Made by a program: the position numbers and the translations under genes. From contig OX597831.1 of the NCBI GenBank assembly GCA_951406725.2, forward strand, positions 54,932,001-54,996,000: a stretch of DNA of 64,000 nucleotides. Reading direction: 5' to 3'. The first letter of the stretch is position 1; each line of letters starts with the position of its first letter. Shown piece after piece: positions 39,626 through 53,841 of this stretch. The notes below the pieces were generated by a model. It had not been told where the DNA came from. It saw nothing but the letters and a program-made list of their open reading frames with translations, and did not search any database. Source of the stretch: Octopus vulgaris. Taxonomy: Eukaryota.

Positions 39626-39838
39626 CTACAGAGGAAGTAATACAAATAAAACATTATTCTACAAGATAATGTAAGTAATAAAGAACTTACATTGTTAAAA
39701 ACTGCCGAAATTTAGCATAACCCACAACCACTACCATCATCATTACTATCTAACATCAAGTTTTCCATGTTTTCCAGGATGCATGTGTGTGTGTGTAGCA
39801 CCATCTAACTCATGCCAACATGGAAAATGAACGTTAAA

Positions 39839-39889
<51 letters not shown>

Positions 39890-40039
39890 CATCATCATCA
39901 TCATCGTTTAATGTCCACTTTCCATGCTAGCATGGGTTGGACGATTTTGACTGAGGGCTGGCGAACCAGATGGTTGCACCTCAGTCAAATTGTCCAAGCC
40001 ATGCTAGCATGGAAAGCAGACGTTAAACGATGATGATGA

Positions 40040-41108
40040 TACATACATATATATATACATACATATATATATACATATACATACATATATATATACATAC
40101 ATACATACATACATATATACATACATACATACACATACATACACACACTCACACACACACACATATATATATACATATATATACATATATATATAGTTAC
40201 ATATATATACATATATATACACACATATATATATACATACATATATATGCATATACATATATATACAAATATATATTTACATATATATGCATATACCTAT
40301 ATATACATATATGCATATACATATATATACATATATGCATATACATATATATACATATATGCATATACATATATATACATATATGCATATACATATATAT
40401 ACATATATGCATATACATATATACATATATATATACATATATATATATATACAAATATACATATATATATATACATACAAATATACATAAAGATATATAC
40501 ATATATATATACAAATATACATATATATATATATATACATATATATATACAAATATACATATATATATATATACATATATATATACAAATATACATATAT
40601 ATATATATACATATATATATACAAATATACATATATATATATATACATATATATATACAAATATACATATATATATATATACATATATATATACATATAT
40701 ATATACATACATATATATATACATATATATATACATATATACATATATATATGTATACATATATATATATACACATATATATACATATATATACACATAT
40801 ATACATATATATATGTATACATATATATATATACACATATATATACATATATATACACATATATATACACATATATATACATATATATATACATATATAT
40901 ATACATATATATATACATATATATATATACATATATATATACATATATATATATACAAATATATATATACATATATATATACATATATATATATACAAAT
41001 ATATATATACATATATATACACATATATATATACCTATAGATTCACAAATATATACACATATATATATATACATATATACACACACACACACATATATTC
41101 ATATATAT

Positions 41109-41157
<49 letters not shown>

Positions 41158-41239
41158 TAAATACACACATATACGTATATATATATATACACACACACAC
41201 ATAAATACACACATATACGTATATATATATACACACAGT

Positions 41240-41273
<34 letters not shown>
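40040..41273. repeat. Compound (TA)n/(TACA)n microsatellite, ~1.2 kb
   Basis: Direct inspection; similar arrays at 19720-20290 and 31510-31942; source of the YI/HT-rich spurious ORFs. Confidence 0.97.
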
Positions 41274-41276
<3 letters not shown>

Positions 41277-41927
41277 GCGAAAACGGCCTATCTCCAGGAT
41301 GCTTGAAATGCTGGTACCTTCAAAGATTCCCTTAATATAATTATATACATATGTATATTATTATTAATTTAATGCATACATTGCGTATAAATTGTTGTAG
41401 CATGCTGACTACCTGATAAAACCCATTAACGTGATTTTTATCCTTTTGTTCTATTATGAATTAATAAATAAATATATATATATATTGTTGTATTTTGGAT
41501 GGTCATTTTCTTTCTCTTTTTTTGCCAACAAAACACTCTCACTGTATATCCGTTCTTCACTTGTTTATTACTGTTCTTATTAAATCTTTTATTTGGTGTT
41601 TTTAAAGAGGCAAAATTGAAGGTGTCCAAGTAAAAAAGACCAAAAGTTCAAATCTGCTGCAGGCATTCAGATGTTTCTGAATAGAAAAGTTTGTTCCACA
41701 TCACTTCAGTGTCCCTAACCATATGCAATATATTATTGATCATATGAGAATATTCTGTGATAGACCACTATCCTGGCCAAGGAAAATGTTGTTGCTTACT
41801 CACTTCACACAAGGGGGAACTAGAGAAACCGGTGCGGCTCCATCATTTTTAAAGGGAACGTTGCATGTAATATGAAAGAAACTCCAGTTGCTGAAATGAG
41901 ATATTGTAAGCGTGTGTATAAACTTAC

Positions 41928-42031
41928 CGGTCTTTGGCAATCACATACAGCTTTTCAGAATAGTGTTTCACAACAAACATCACACCCAGAGAAGTGTTGA
42001 ATAAAACGTTGGCTTTATCACGCTTGCCAGT
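41928..42031 (-). CDS. SQOR: SQOR coding exon (104 nt)
   Basis: cag|TGKRDKANVLFNTSLGVMFVVKHYSEKLYVIAKD+CG|gtaagt; ends phase 2. Confidence 0.94.
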
Positions 42032-42217
42032 CTGAAAAAAAGAAGAGCTAGACAGTAAGAAAAAGTGACAAAAAGTTGGTAGATATGTAAGTGAGTGTAT
42101 ATATGTATGTGTGTGTATGTATATGTGTGTGTGTATAAAATGAATGAGGCAAATGGAAAATGGGGTTAGCAAGAATCTTTATTCAACACAAATGTTTCAC
42201 CAAAATCCTACAGGTGA

Positions 42218-42253
<36 letters not shown>

Positions 42254-42860
42254 GACGGGCTTCTTTCAATTTCCATCAACCAAATCCACTCATAATGATT
42301 TGGTCAGCCCAAGGCTATAGAAGAAAACACTTGCCCATTATGCCATACAGCGGGACTGAACCTGGAGCCATGTAGTTGGGAAGCAAGCTTCTTACCAGAC
42401 AGCTATGCCATATATATATTAGAAGGTTTGGAGGTGATGTACAGGTATTATATATTAGAAGAAATAAGGTACTCAGAAATCTGGATGGTTTTATATTTAC
42501 AGATTTTTATTAATATGTCACATGTTTTTATAAATCATATATATATATATGTAAATATAAAACCATCCAGATTTCTTATTTCTCCTTATATATATATACA
42601 TTGTTCCCAGTGTGAGTTTGTAAGAATGTTCTTATGTATATGTCATCATTGTTTATATGATGCCAGTTCACTATACATTCAGTCAGAATTAGGTATTCAT
42701 AACGTTCTTTTGCTCTTATCTTTTTATTCTTTTCTTGGTTATAGTCACTGGACTGTAGCTATGCAAGGATACTACCATTTATGATGTAGTTGACTACATC
42801 AATTATTTCACAGAGTAGGTAAGAAATTAGGTAATTTCAACTGAAATGCATACTTTATTA

Positions 42861-43211
<351 letters not shown>

Positions 43212-43222
43212 TTAATATTATA

Positions 43223-43482
43223 TGTGGTGTATGCGAGAGATTCAAAATAAAGACACCTACCTTCTCTTTGCTCAGATGGAGAACCTTCAGCGGTAATGGA
43301 TCCTTCAACACAGCCTGACCTGAACACTAGAGATAGCAGCTGCTTCCCCTAACCTTAACAACGTGATGACCCATCTTCCCCGCTCGGCAACCTGACTGGA
43401 AAAAGCAGAATCGTGCCCTCACTGCACGCGCGTCACCGCTGCCCCTTCTGGTCAGCTCCCCAGCTGCTGACGTCATCCCACA
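43223..43482. mobile_element. Solo LTR (260 bp)
   Basis: TGTGG...CCACA termini; 5-bp TSD TTATA (43218-43222 / 43483-43487); GC-rich relative to flanks. Confidence 0.75.
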
Positions 43483-44149
43483 TTATATAACACCTTATAA
43501 CATATAATATCTAATGCATTCTCATATTTCAGCTGATTTCTAGATTGTGTTTGATATAAATAACCTTAATCTGGCAATCACCCTGTGGACAGAAAATGAA
43601 AGTAAAAGTACTTGTTCTCCAACAACGAATCTCTAGGGATGAAACTAGTTAGGATGAGCCCATTTTTTTATTTAATTTTTTTTGTTCATGGAAAATTATA
43701 AATATTTGTTTATATTTGTTTACATTTAGCAGCAAAGCATAATCTTCATCATCATTATCATCCTCGTCATTGTCATAATCATCATCACCATCATCATCAG
43801 TGTTTTAACATCTATTTTGCCATGCTTGCATTAGTCAGATAAGATTCCATTGAGGTAGAATTTTCTACAGTTGGATGTCATCCCTGTTACTACCCTCACC
43901 TGTTTCCTAGCAGGTCAATGATTCCCTCAGGCTACCTAACAATGAACACTCTAGAAGATAGCAAAACGATGAAAAAAATTATGCAATTCATATGTTTACA
44001 ATCAGTGCACACATGTCAAGATAGTGAAATAAACACTTTAGTCATACATGCTTATGTGCACACACAATGTGTGTGGGCATATATGTGTGTGTATGTGTGG
44101 GCATATGTGTGTGTGTGTGTGTGTGTATACTTATATTATTGTGTGTATG

Positions 44150-44217
<68 letters not shown>

Positions 44218-45029
44218 CATGTGTGTGTGTATACATGTGTGTGTATACATGTGTGTGTATACATGTGTGTGTGTGTGTGCACATGATTGGTTCCATCCCC
44301 ACTCAGATCATTTGTGATCAAGTAGGGTTAAATATATAATCAGACACTCTGACTCAACAAATTCCATCTGACCCAGGCAAGCATGAAAAAGTGGATATTA
44401 ATCCTGCAATGTTATTCTAAAAGTAAATAATTGCATTTTCAAAATCTTTAAGCTACAATATACTACATGATTAATTTTTTTTAAATGCGAATAAGTATGC
44501 ATTATATCTGTAGTGTGAAGGCATATGACTCAGGGGTTAGAGCGTTGGTGCTCACAATCATGAGGTAGTGAGTTCAATTCCTGGACCAGGCTGTGTTTTG
44601 TGTTCTTGAGCAAGACACTTTATTTTATATTGCTCCAGTTCACTCAGCTGTAGAAATGAGTTGTGACATCCCTGGTGCCAAGCTGTATCGGCTTTTGCTT
44701 TTCTCTTGGATAACATCAGTGACATGGAAAGAGAAAGTTTGTATGCATGGGCGACTGCTGGTCTTCCACAAACAACCTTGCTAGGACTTGTGCCCCAGAG
44801 GGGAACTTTCTAGGTACTTCCCATGGTCATTCATGACCAAAGGCAGCCTTTACCCTTTATTTGACAGAGTAATCTATATGCTAAAGGGTTAAAAGATAAT
44901 GGTGAACAAACAGTTTTTAATCAGAGAACTAGAAGCAATATTAATACAAGTTGGTATTATAAGCACTAAACTGAAACATATTATTTGAAAGCCTAAATGT
45001 ATATGAAAATAGAAAGATATTATGCTTAC

Positions 45030-45083
45030 CAAGTGAAAGTTTAGTTGTAAACCTAAGGCAAGCACCAAATATTCATAATGAAC
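45030..45083 (-). CDS. SQOR: SQOR coding exon (54 nt)
   Basis: cag|VHYEYLVLALGLQLNFHL|gtaagc; matches the SQOR YxYLxxALG segment; phase 0/0. Confidence 0.93.
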
Positions 45084-45356
45084 CTGAAATAGAAGAAAAT
45101 TCAAATGTTTTCATCAGAAACAAATAGTAATTCATATGGTGGGCTTTTAAATGTAACTGTTACTAGCATTATTGATATCTGGTAATAAGGTGGTAAGCTG
45201 GCAGAAACGTTAGCAAGCCAGGCGAGATGCTTAGCGGTATTTCGTCTGCCGCTATGTTCTGAGTTCAAATTCCACCGAGATCGACTTTGCCTTTCATCCT
45301 TTCGGCGTCGATAAATTAAGTACCAGTTATGCACTGGGGTCAATGTAATTGACTTA

Positions 45357-45584
45357 GTTAGTTAATTTGGCTCAAAAGCAAATAGCAAGGCTATGTAGGG
45401 GGACATGGAGTTAAGTACAGGGTGGTGTTCATGTAAAGAGTTCAGGCCACTTGAGGTCAAGGGAGGCTTTAAACAAAGCGGTCGTCGGCATCTTCACCAT
45501 CTCGTCTGGCAGCTTGTTCCACGGATCCGCAACCCGGACGGAGAAAGCTCCTCTCCTTCAATTGAGATGAAATCGTCGCAGGTA
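45357..45584 (-). mobile_element. 5'-truncated CR1-like LINE nested in a SINE
   Basis: TSD gactta (45351-45356 / 45585-45590); minus-strand GAFSVRVADPWNKLPDEMVKMPTTALFKASLD; (TAAC)n tail. Confidence 0.8.
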
Positions 45585-48500
45585 GACTTAATCCCTTTGT
45601 CTGTCTTTGTTTGTCCCCTCTATCTTTAGCACCTTGTGGGCAATAAAGAAATAAGAATCATTAGCAACCCAGGCAAAATGTTTAGTGGCATTTTGTCCAT
45701 CTTAACGTTCTAAGTTCAAATTCTGCTGAGGTTGACTTTGTCTTTCATCCTTTCAGGGTCGATAAATTAAATACCAGTGAAACACTGGGGTCAATGTAAT
45801 CGACTAACCCTGCATCCCCTAAAATTTCAGGCCTTGTCCCTTTAGCAAAAAGGATTAATGATGTCTAGTAATACAGTAGATATCAATAATGCTTTTTACT
45901 GATATCAGCACCAAGTAAACTCTGAATGGTAGTTTTCTTTCACTGAATAACAAACAGAAAAATCAAGTGATCAGTCAGTCACTGCAAGAATGGCTGTGAT
46001 TATCAGTCTACTTAATCAGGTTTGACTTAGTCAATCCATGTTGTAGGAGTAAATCTGGAAGATGGAAACTGTATGGAAGACTGTCATATATCTGTATGTG
46101 TCTATTTTATATGTGTACATGTCTGACTCTGCCACCTTATTGTCACTGTTTGACAACTAGTGTCAGCTTCTTTATGTACCTATAAGTCAGAGGTTCAACA
46201 AAAACAGTGAATAAAATAGTACCAGATTTAAAAAATAGGTACTATGGTGAATTTGATTGACTATACACTTCCAGGCTGTGCCTCAACAAGGCTGAAACAA
46301 AAAAAAAAGATAGAAAATATTGGAATATGTGATGATGATGATGATGATGATGGTGGTGGTAGTGGTGGTGGTTGTGATGATAGTGGCGGCGGTGGCAATG
46401 GCAATGGTGATGGTAGTGGAGATGATGATAATGGCATTGTTGCTGTTGTTGTTCATTTTTAATTAAGTACACATAATAATTACCACTCCAGTAACTGCAT
46501 CTTTTCAAAGTAATTTATTACCCTATATCAAGTTTGTGTTAGGAAGTATGTTCCATAATATCCTTCCTCCTTGAAAATTGGAACATCCTAATTTAGAATC
46601 CATTTAGCAATTAGTCTGTCATGTTACCAAAACAAATGCTGATTTCAAGTTTTGGCACAAGGCCAGTAATTTTGGGGGTGGGAGTAAATCAATTACAACA
46701 ACCCCAGTGCTCAACTGGTACTTATTTTATCAACCCCGAAAGATTGAAAAGCAATGTTGGCCTCAGCAGAATTTGGACTCAGAACATAAAGATGGATGGA
46801 ATGCCACTAAGCATTTTACTCAGTGTGTTAATGATTCAGCCAGCTTGTTACCTTACCAATACAAATATTGTTAATGGTAGTGATAAGGTGGTGAGCAGGC
46901 AGAATTGTTAAGAGCATCTGAATAAATGCTTTGTAGCATTTGTTCCAGCTCTTTATATCCTAAGTTCAAATACTGCAGAGGTTAACTTTGCCTTTCATCC
47001 TTTCAGGTTTGAATAAAATAAAGTGCCAACTCCAGTACTGGGAACGGTGCAACTGATTTATCCCACCCTCCTTTCAAAACGTTGGCCTTGAACGAAAACT
47101 TAAAACTATTAATGGCCTTAAAAGTTTATCGCTTAATTAATTAATGAACGTATGCTGAGCCATTAATTATAATGTTTTTTGTGTTTTTGTGAAAGATAAT
47201 CTGCGTCATTAAGTTTGAACAAAAATGTTTCACTTTGACTTCACAGTTGAGCAGTTAAAGTGAGGTAAGTTATCCAGCTGTAAAGATATTAGATACTCCA
47301 ACAATACACAAGTTTTTTTCTCAAAATTTGTAAAAATTCCTTCCATCCAGCCTAATCAAGGACCAATAAATAACAACAAAAAAAGTATAAATAAAACACC
47401 TAAAACAAAGCAGTAAACTAAAGTAGCTTTGATGAGATGAAATTTCTGAACTACGTGGGTCAATGGTTCAGTTCAAGCTCTGAGCTATTTTCTTCACTGA
47501 ATTTAGCATTAATAGTAATGTATGGTGAAGCTAATGCTCATCTGAGGAGAGTTGATAAGACTAGAACATGTCCAATATATTCTCCCTTATTAGCTGAAAT
47601 TATTAGAAAACTATTAATGATTGAGCTAATTTCTCTTCTTTATAATTATTATCTAATTATTTTTAATTATCTTCTTCATGCTTGCTATGTTAAATATCTT
47701 GAGGATACATAGACTAGACATCGTATGGAGGCTCTAAACATCTCACAGTATGAGCACAAAATAAAAGAAGAGATTTACAGACAAATGCTACTCATCTCTA
47801 CTACTGTTGCTCAATGCAGGGTAAGCTTTGCTAGCCACTGCTGTCATGCTGGACAACAGGCCATATCAGATGTATTTTGGAGACATCCAAACCCTAACAT
47901 CATCATCATCATCATCGTTTAACGTCCGTTCTCCATGCTAGCATGGGTTGGACGGTTCGACCGGGGATCTGGGAAGCCAGGAGGCTGCACCAGGCTCCAG
48001 TCTGATTTGGCAGTGTTTCTACAGCTGGATGCCCTTCCTAACGCCAACCACTCCGTGAGTGTAGTGGGTGCTTTTTACGTGCCACCTGCATAGGTGCCAG
48101 ACGAGGCTGGCAACAGCCACGATCGGATTGGTGCATTTTACGTGCCACCGGCACGGAGGATGAAAATCACTCAACTACATTATTATTGGCAGAGATATAT
48201 AATATGAAATGGAGGACCTTCCAAGACTAATGAGGACAGAAATTTCTAGTGTGGCTTGGTAAAATGCATCTCAGCTGCAGCCATTCAAAGACAACATTAA
48301 ATTTGTCAACATTAGTTTAACTTAAAAATAAAGTTGATTGGAAGAAGAAAAAATTCTGAGGCTTTGAAGCTGATATTTTCTATCATTTGATTAATTTTTG
48401 AAATTATACATCTGTATTATTAAATGTCCAGCATTAGTTCCAGCCCTTGTTGCAGTGCTGTGGTTTGTATACCTCAATGACCCTGAAAGTCAGAACACAA

Positions 48501-48892
48501 GCTCCTAGTATGGTCTCCAATGCTGAACAGGTCAAAGGACAGATGCTCGACTAATACAGACCATCTCTTCCCAGAGATAAAAATGGATTTGCATAGGGCC
48601 AACATCCTATGTAGAATAAAACAAAGTTAAAGAAGCATTGATTACAATTCAAAACCAACAAAGCCTGGGAGAAGAAGGTCTTCTCTTAGGGAAACATATA
48701 CTTTAAAAATAGCAGGAAGCAAAATGCTGAGGTAGTGCTGAAAAAAGCAGGGATCCAATTACAGAGAAGCAGAAAAGCCAGCCTAGAATGAAGGACAATG
48801 AGGGCTGGGGGTGTCATTGACAGCTGATGTTTCATAGGGAATGAAGGGCTTAAGTAAATCATTATCAAACATAAAAGAAAACAACATTATAC

Positions 48893-49063
48893 CTTGCTGC
48901 CATCTTTGAGAGTAACAAAGTTTTTGTCTGGATTAAAGCCGACAACTGAATCGTTAATCCATTCACTGTTTCGTGGTATCACTGAAGCCATGGTTCTCCT
49001 GGAATCGCTTAGTTTTTTCAGTCCTCCACCAACTAATGTCCATAATGGTTGATAGTAATGCTC
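48893..49063 (-). CDS. SQOR: SQOR coding exon (most 5' exon found; 171 nt)
   Basis: cag|EHYYQPLWTLVGGGLKKLSDSRRTMASVIPRNSEWINDSVVGFNPDKNFVTLKDGSK|gtat; matches the SQOR HxYQPxWTLVG motif; phase 0/0. Confidence 0.95.
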
Positions 49064-50813
49064 CTGTCAATAAAATGTAGGAAAAAAAAATTAATTAAAA
49101 TTAAAATTCAGTTTTGTTAGATGTATATGACTGAATCATCACCTCCATCAGTATCACCATCATCACCACTACCATCACTTAATCATTACCATCATCACTA
49201 TCCCCCACACCACTACCTCCATATGTTATCCCCACCACCACCACCACCATATATCATCACTGCTGTGTACTATCGACATACACTGCATAAGTTAATGAAG
49301 AAGCCTCTATGAAATCGTTTAACCTGCTAGAAGTAACACCCAAATTTCCTTCAACTCACAGTCTACCATCTTAGTAAAGGAACACTACATCATAACATAG
49401 TCCTTGGTTCTCTGTACATAAGAAAAAAAAGATGGGATGATCGTGGTGGGATACCTTTGATCATAGGTATACTAGATTAGGATGGGCCTGAAGCTAAACA
49501 ACACAGTCCTTCCTACTTTGAAACAGAAATATGAGACGTGAGAAAAAGCAGTCCAGCCTTGACCCTTCCATTTTCAAGAACTATACTACTCAACATTTCC
49601 AGTGTAATTTGTGAGAGATTTGGCAGCTATTTCTAGCTGATTGAGAAGACATGAAGAAGATCTCTCGTTAAAGTTCTATAACCTAAGCTTCAAATTTTTT
49701 CACTGCTAGAGTTACCTCCCTTTAATTTCGTTTCATAATAAATGCGATTCGATTTTTTTTTGCTGTCAATTCTTATCGAGCAAAGTTACGATAAAAGACG
49801 TCCCAATCGTGGCCATCCATTTTTTTTTTTTAGCTATTGTGTATTAATGTCTAGACTACACTATCCAGTGTGTTCTTTCGGTTAATGAGACATTATTACC
49901 CGGAAACGAAATCGAAAAAATAGTGCAATGAGTGTAAAAAAAAAGGTGGGGGAGGAAGCTAGGAAGCGAATATGAAAACAAAAATGCGAGGAAAGCAACG
50001 GGTGGTAGTGGGGGGGGGGTACTTCGGAAAATTCACAAGATCCGAGTTTTTCCCTCATAACTTTTAGGAAAATAAAATTTTATATAACGGCGTACATTAC
50101 GATTATAACGAATTGTGGGTAAAATCTTTCCCGGAAAAAGGGCAGGAACCCCAATAAACGCTTTTTAGAAGGTGAGATGCGAAATAGCATTTGCCACTTT
50201 TCTTTACCCAAACGTTTTCTAGAGTGTGGATTACATTGGAAAGAAAATTCAAACATATCTATGTGTGTGTGTATCTTTGTGTCTGTGTTTGTCAATCCCC
50301 ACCCTCATTGCTTGACAACTGGTATTGGTGCATTTACATCCCCATAACTTAGCAGTTCAGCAAAATAGTCTGATAGAATAAGTTCCAAAATTAGTATTGA
50401 GGAGGTCGATTTATCTAACTATAAATTCTTCAAGACAGGGCCCCAGTATGGCCACAGTGTAATGACTCAAACAAGTAAAAAAGGTACACAAAACTTTTTA
50501 AAGAATGGAAAAGTTCAATAATGAAAACAGTGTCTGCTTTGTACTTCTGTCTTTTTAACTATTGTTCACTAAAATATTTTGAACTGATGAACACAAAGTC
50601 GAAGAATAAATAAAAAAATTGTCATGATTTTAGCTGGGGAAAAAAGGTCAGTAAAATGAGACAAACATTCAAGTACCGAGATGTACTCGCATAGCAAGTA
50701 ATTTGATCTGAGATCGTGTGCTGAAACGAAAACAATTGCAGCGTGGAAGGTGTTTGTAAGCCATTTAAGAAACACACAAAAGCCGTTCGATTCACTTCAA
50801 CATTTAAGTTTAA

Positions 50814-50863
50814 TTTGTCAAAATATTTTCGTCGCTAAAATCCGCGACCTGTTCACTGACAAA
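50814..50863 (-). ncRNA. Minimal hammerhead-like motif with G3/C8-swapped core (left arm; sense to the PLE ORF and to SQOR)
   Basis: Exact reverse complement of 53792-53841, lying 3' of the GIY-YIG ORF. Confidence 0.68.
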
Positions 50864-51803
50864 AATCCGTGCTGCATCTGAGAAAGTAACAGCTAGTTCG
50901 TCATATATATGTACGTATGTATGTGTGTATGTATGCATACACGTATGTATGTATGTATGTATGTATGTACGTACATACGCCTGTGTATGCATGTATGTAT
51001 GTATATATGTATGTGTGTATATGCACGCACATACACACTATAAACATAAAGCTATAAACCTGTAGTGATGGATAGATGTAGAGTGACCACTCATCACAAT
51101 AATATCAAATTTCACCCCACCCCCGCCGAAACTAGGAAGTGATTTACGACCCTCACTCCCAAAACTACACCCTAAAACCTATTATCAGATATTTATCTCT
51201 ATATCACAGAACTTTTGTTTTACTATTGTGCGTATGTATGTATGTATGTATGTATGTATGTATGTATGTATGTATGTATGTGCGTATGTATGTAATATGT
51301 ATGTATGTATGTGTGTATGTACATACGTACGCATGTGCGTATGTATGTATACGCGCACGTATGCATGTGCCCATGTATGTGTGTGCGTACATGTACGTGC
51401 GTATGTACGTGTGTATGCCCATACGTAGGTATGTATGTATGTTTGTACTCATGTGCTACGTATGTATGTGAGTGTCTAGGAGAATGGGCAGACGCGTCTG
51501 TGAGAGTGTGTACATGTGTATGTGTATGTGAATGTATGTCCGTGTACTGGCATGTGTCCGTCCAAGTTGTGTACATGACTGTTACTTTGTTGAAGGTTGT
51601 ATACATACTCACATATATGTTTGTATAGACGCACACACATACATATATATATGTGTGGGTGTGTGTTTGTTCCTCTCATCACCGTCTAACTGTGAATGGG
51701 TACAACGCCTAAGTGTAGCTGTACGTATCAAACAACGTACGCTCATACGGTTATATATAACTGCACATAACGCATTGCAACATGTATGTAAGGACTACAA
51801 GTA

Positions 51804-51839
<36 letters not shown>

Positions 51840-52181
51840 GGTTATAGAATAGTCCTTCTGAATGGGATCTGGATGTTACCCCATTCGGATTTTCGGTTGA
51901 GAGTAGGTTTGTATTCTTGTATACAAACAGCTTCTGTGACCTGTCTCAACATTGCATCGGTGGGATGTGTTGATAGGATGTTCAACTTAAGTTTCCCTAA
52001 GGATCCTTTGTGGCAGTCTACAGCATGTTGGTAGAAGATGGAGTTTGGCTTCCTTTCAATGTAGTTGTCCAGGTGTTCTTTGAACCTATCATTGATGCTT
52101 CTAGAAGTCTCACCTATGTATGACTCTGGGTTAGTCGCGCAAGCTCCCTCTTGGCACTTAATCTAGTATACAGTGCCCTTG

Positions 52182-52413
52182 TGGCGGCGAGCTGGCAGAC
52201 ACGTTAGCGCGCCGGGCGAAATGTTTAGCGGTATTTCGTTTGTCGTTACGTTCTGAGTTCAAATTCCGCCGAGGTCAACTTTGCCTTTCATCCTTTCGGG
52301 GTCGATAAATAAAGTACCAGTTTCGCACTGGGGGCGATATAATCGACTCAATCCTTTCTTCTGTCCTTGTTTGTCCCCTCTATGTTTAGCCCCTTGTGGG
52401 CAGTAAAGAAAAA
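52182..52413 (+). mobile_element. tRNA-derived SINE (family B) inserted in the PLE endonuclease ORF
   Basis: 15-bp TSD tatacagtgcccttg at 52167-52181 and 52414-52428; related copies at ~6391-6604, 45188-45657, 60221-60430 and elsewhere. Confidence 0.9.
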
Positions 52414-53791
52414 TATACAGTGCCCTTGGTTTTTGCAGTTTACATGTGGATTTGTCGAACATACTGCACAATTACTTTGACAGGTGATTCTATCAAATGG
52501 ATATGATCTGCATAATGCCGATTTGATAGTCCTACCTGTCTTTTCTACAACTTTGATTTTTAGGCCAGTGGTGCGCAGGATTTTCTTGAATGCCTTACTT
52601 AGCTCGTTCTTAGGTGTGGCGTCTACGAACATTACTCCGTGAAATCTCCTGTTATCGTACCAAGTAACGTTTCTCATCCTTTTGTTGGTGTCCCTCTCTA
52701 ACCTATTCCAGAACCTATTCCGATGCAATGTTGAGACAGGTCACAGAAGCTGTTTGTATACAAGAATACAAACCTACTCTCAACCGAAAATCCGAATGGG
52801 GTAACATCCAGATCCCAATCAGAAGGACTATTCTATAACCACCACCCCCTCTCTCTCTCTCTCTCGTTTACTTGTAGTCCTTACATACATGTTGCAATGC
52901 GTATGTGCAGTTATATATAACCGTATGAGCGTACGTTGTTTGATACGTACAGCTACACTTAGGCGTTGTACCCATTCACAGTTAGACGGTGATGAGAGGA
53001 ACAAACACACACCCACACATATATATATATGTGTGTGTGTGTGCGTCTATACAAACATATATGTGAGTATGTATACAACCTTCAACAAAGTAACAGTCAT
53101 GTACACAACTTGGACGGACACATGCCAGTACACGGATATACATTCACATACACATACACATGTACACACTCTCACAGACGCGTCTGCCCATTCTCCTAGA
53201 CACTCACATACATACGTAGCACATGAGTACAAACATACATACATACCTACGTATGGGCATACACACGTACATACGCACGTACATGTACGCACACACATAC
53301 ATGGGCACATGCATACGTGCGCGTATACATACATACGCACATGCGTACGTATGTACATACACACATACATACATACATACATACATACATACATACATAC
53401 ATACGCACATACATACATACATACATACGCACAATAGTAAAACAAAAGTTCTGTGATATAGAGATAAATATCTGATAATAGGTTTTAGGGTGTAGTTTTG
53501 GGAGTGAGGGTCGTAAATCACTTCCTAGTTTCGGCGGGGGGTGGGGTGAAATTTGATATTATTGTGATGAGTGGTCACTCTACATCTATCCATCACTACA
53601 GGTTTATAGCTTTATGTTTATAGTGTGTATGTGCGTGCATATACACACACATACATATATACATACATACATGCATACACAGGCGTATGTCCGTACATAC
53701 ATACATACATACATACATGCATACATACACACATACATACGTACATATATATGACGAACTAGCTGTTACTTTCTCAGATGCAGCACGGATT

Positions 53792-53841
53792 TTTGTCAGT
53801 GAACAGGTCGCGGATTTTAGCGACGAAAATATTTTGACAAA
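53792..53841 (+). ncRNA. Minimal hammerhead-like motif with G3/C8-swapped core (right arm)
   Basis: tttgtca-GTGAACA-g-gtcgc ggatttta gcgac-GAA-AATATT-T-tgacaaa; 7-bp stem I, 5-bp stem II, palindromic stem III. Confidence 0.68.

Noticed and set aside
40030-41335. Long ORFs of 240-362 aa (also at 19545-20106, 31319-31998, 43918-44339 and 51139-53521)
   Set aside because: Translations of TA/CA microsatellites that happen to lack stop codons; no coding signal.
41780-41845. GAAACCGGT palindrome resembling a minimal HHR stem III
   Set aside because: No upstream CUGANGA-like core, and G occupies the H17 position.
47535-47580. CTGAGGA gagtt..gacta GAA catg TC, a possible HHR relic
   Set aside because: One A is missing from GAAA and stem I does not pair; cannot be supported without a family consensus.
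49890-50230. CpG-containing stretch with CCGGAA motifs, a possible promoter
   Set aside because: Short motifs only, with no transcript evidence or recognisable exon.
50578-50610. CTGATGA...GAAG next to the PLE (copy at ~55401)
   Set aside because: No GAAA, no stem I or III pairing; it lies in flanking duplicated DNA outside the TSD.
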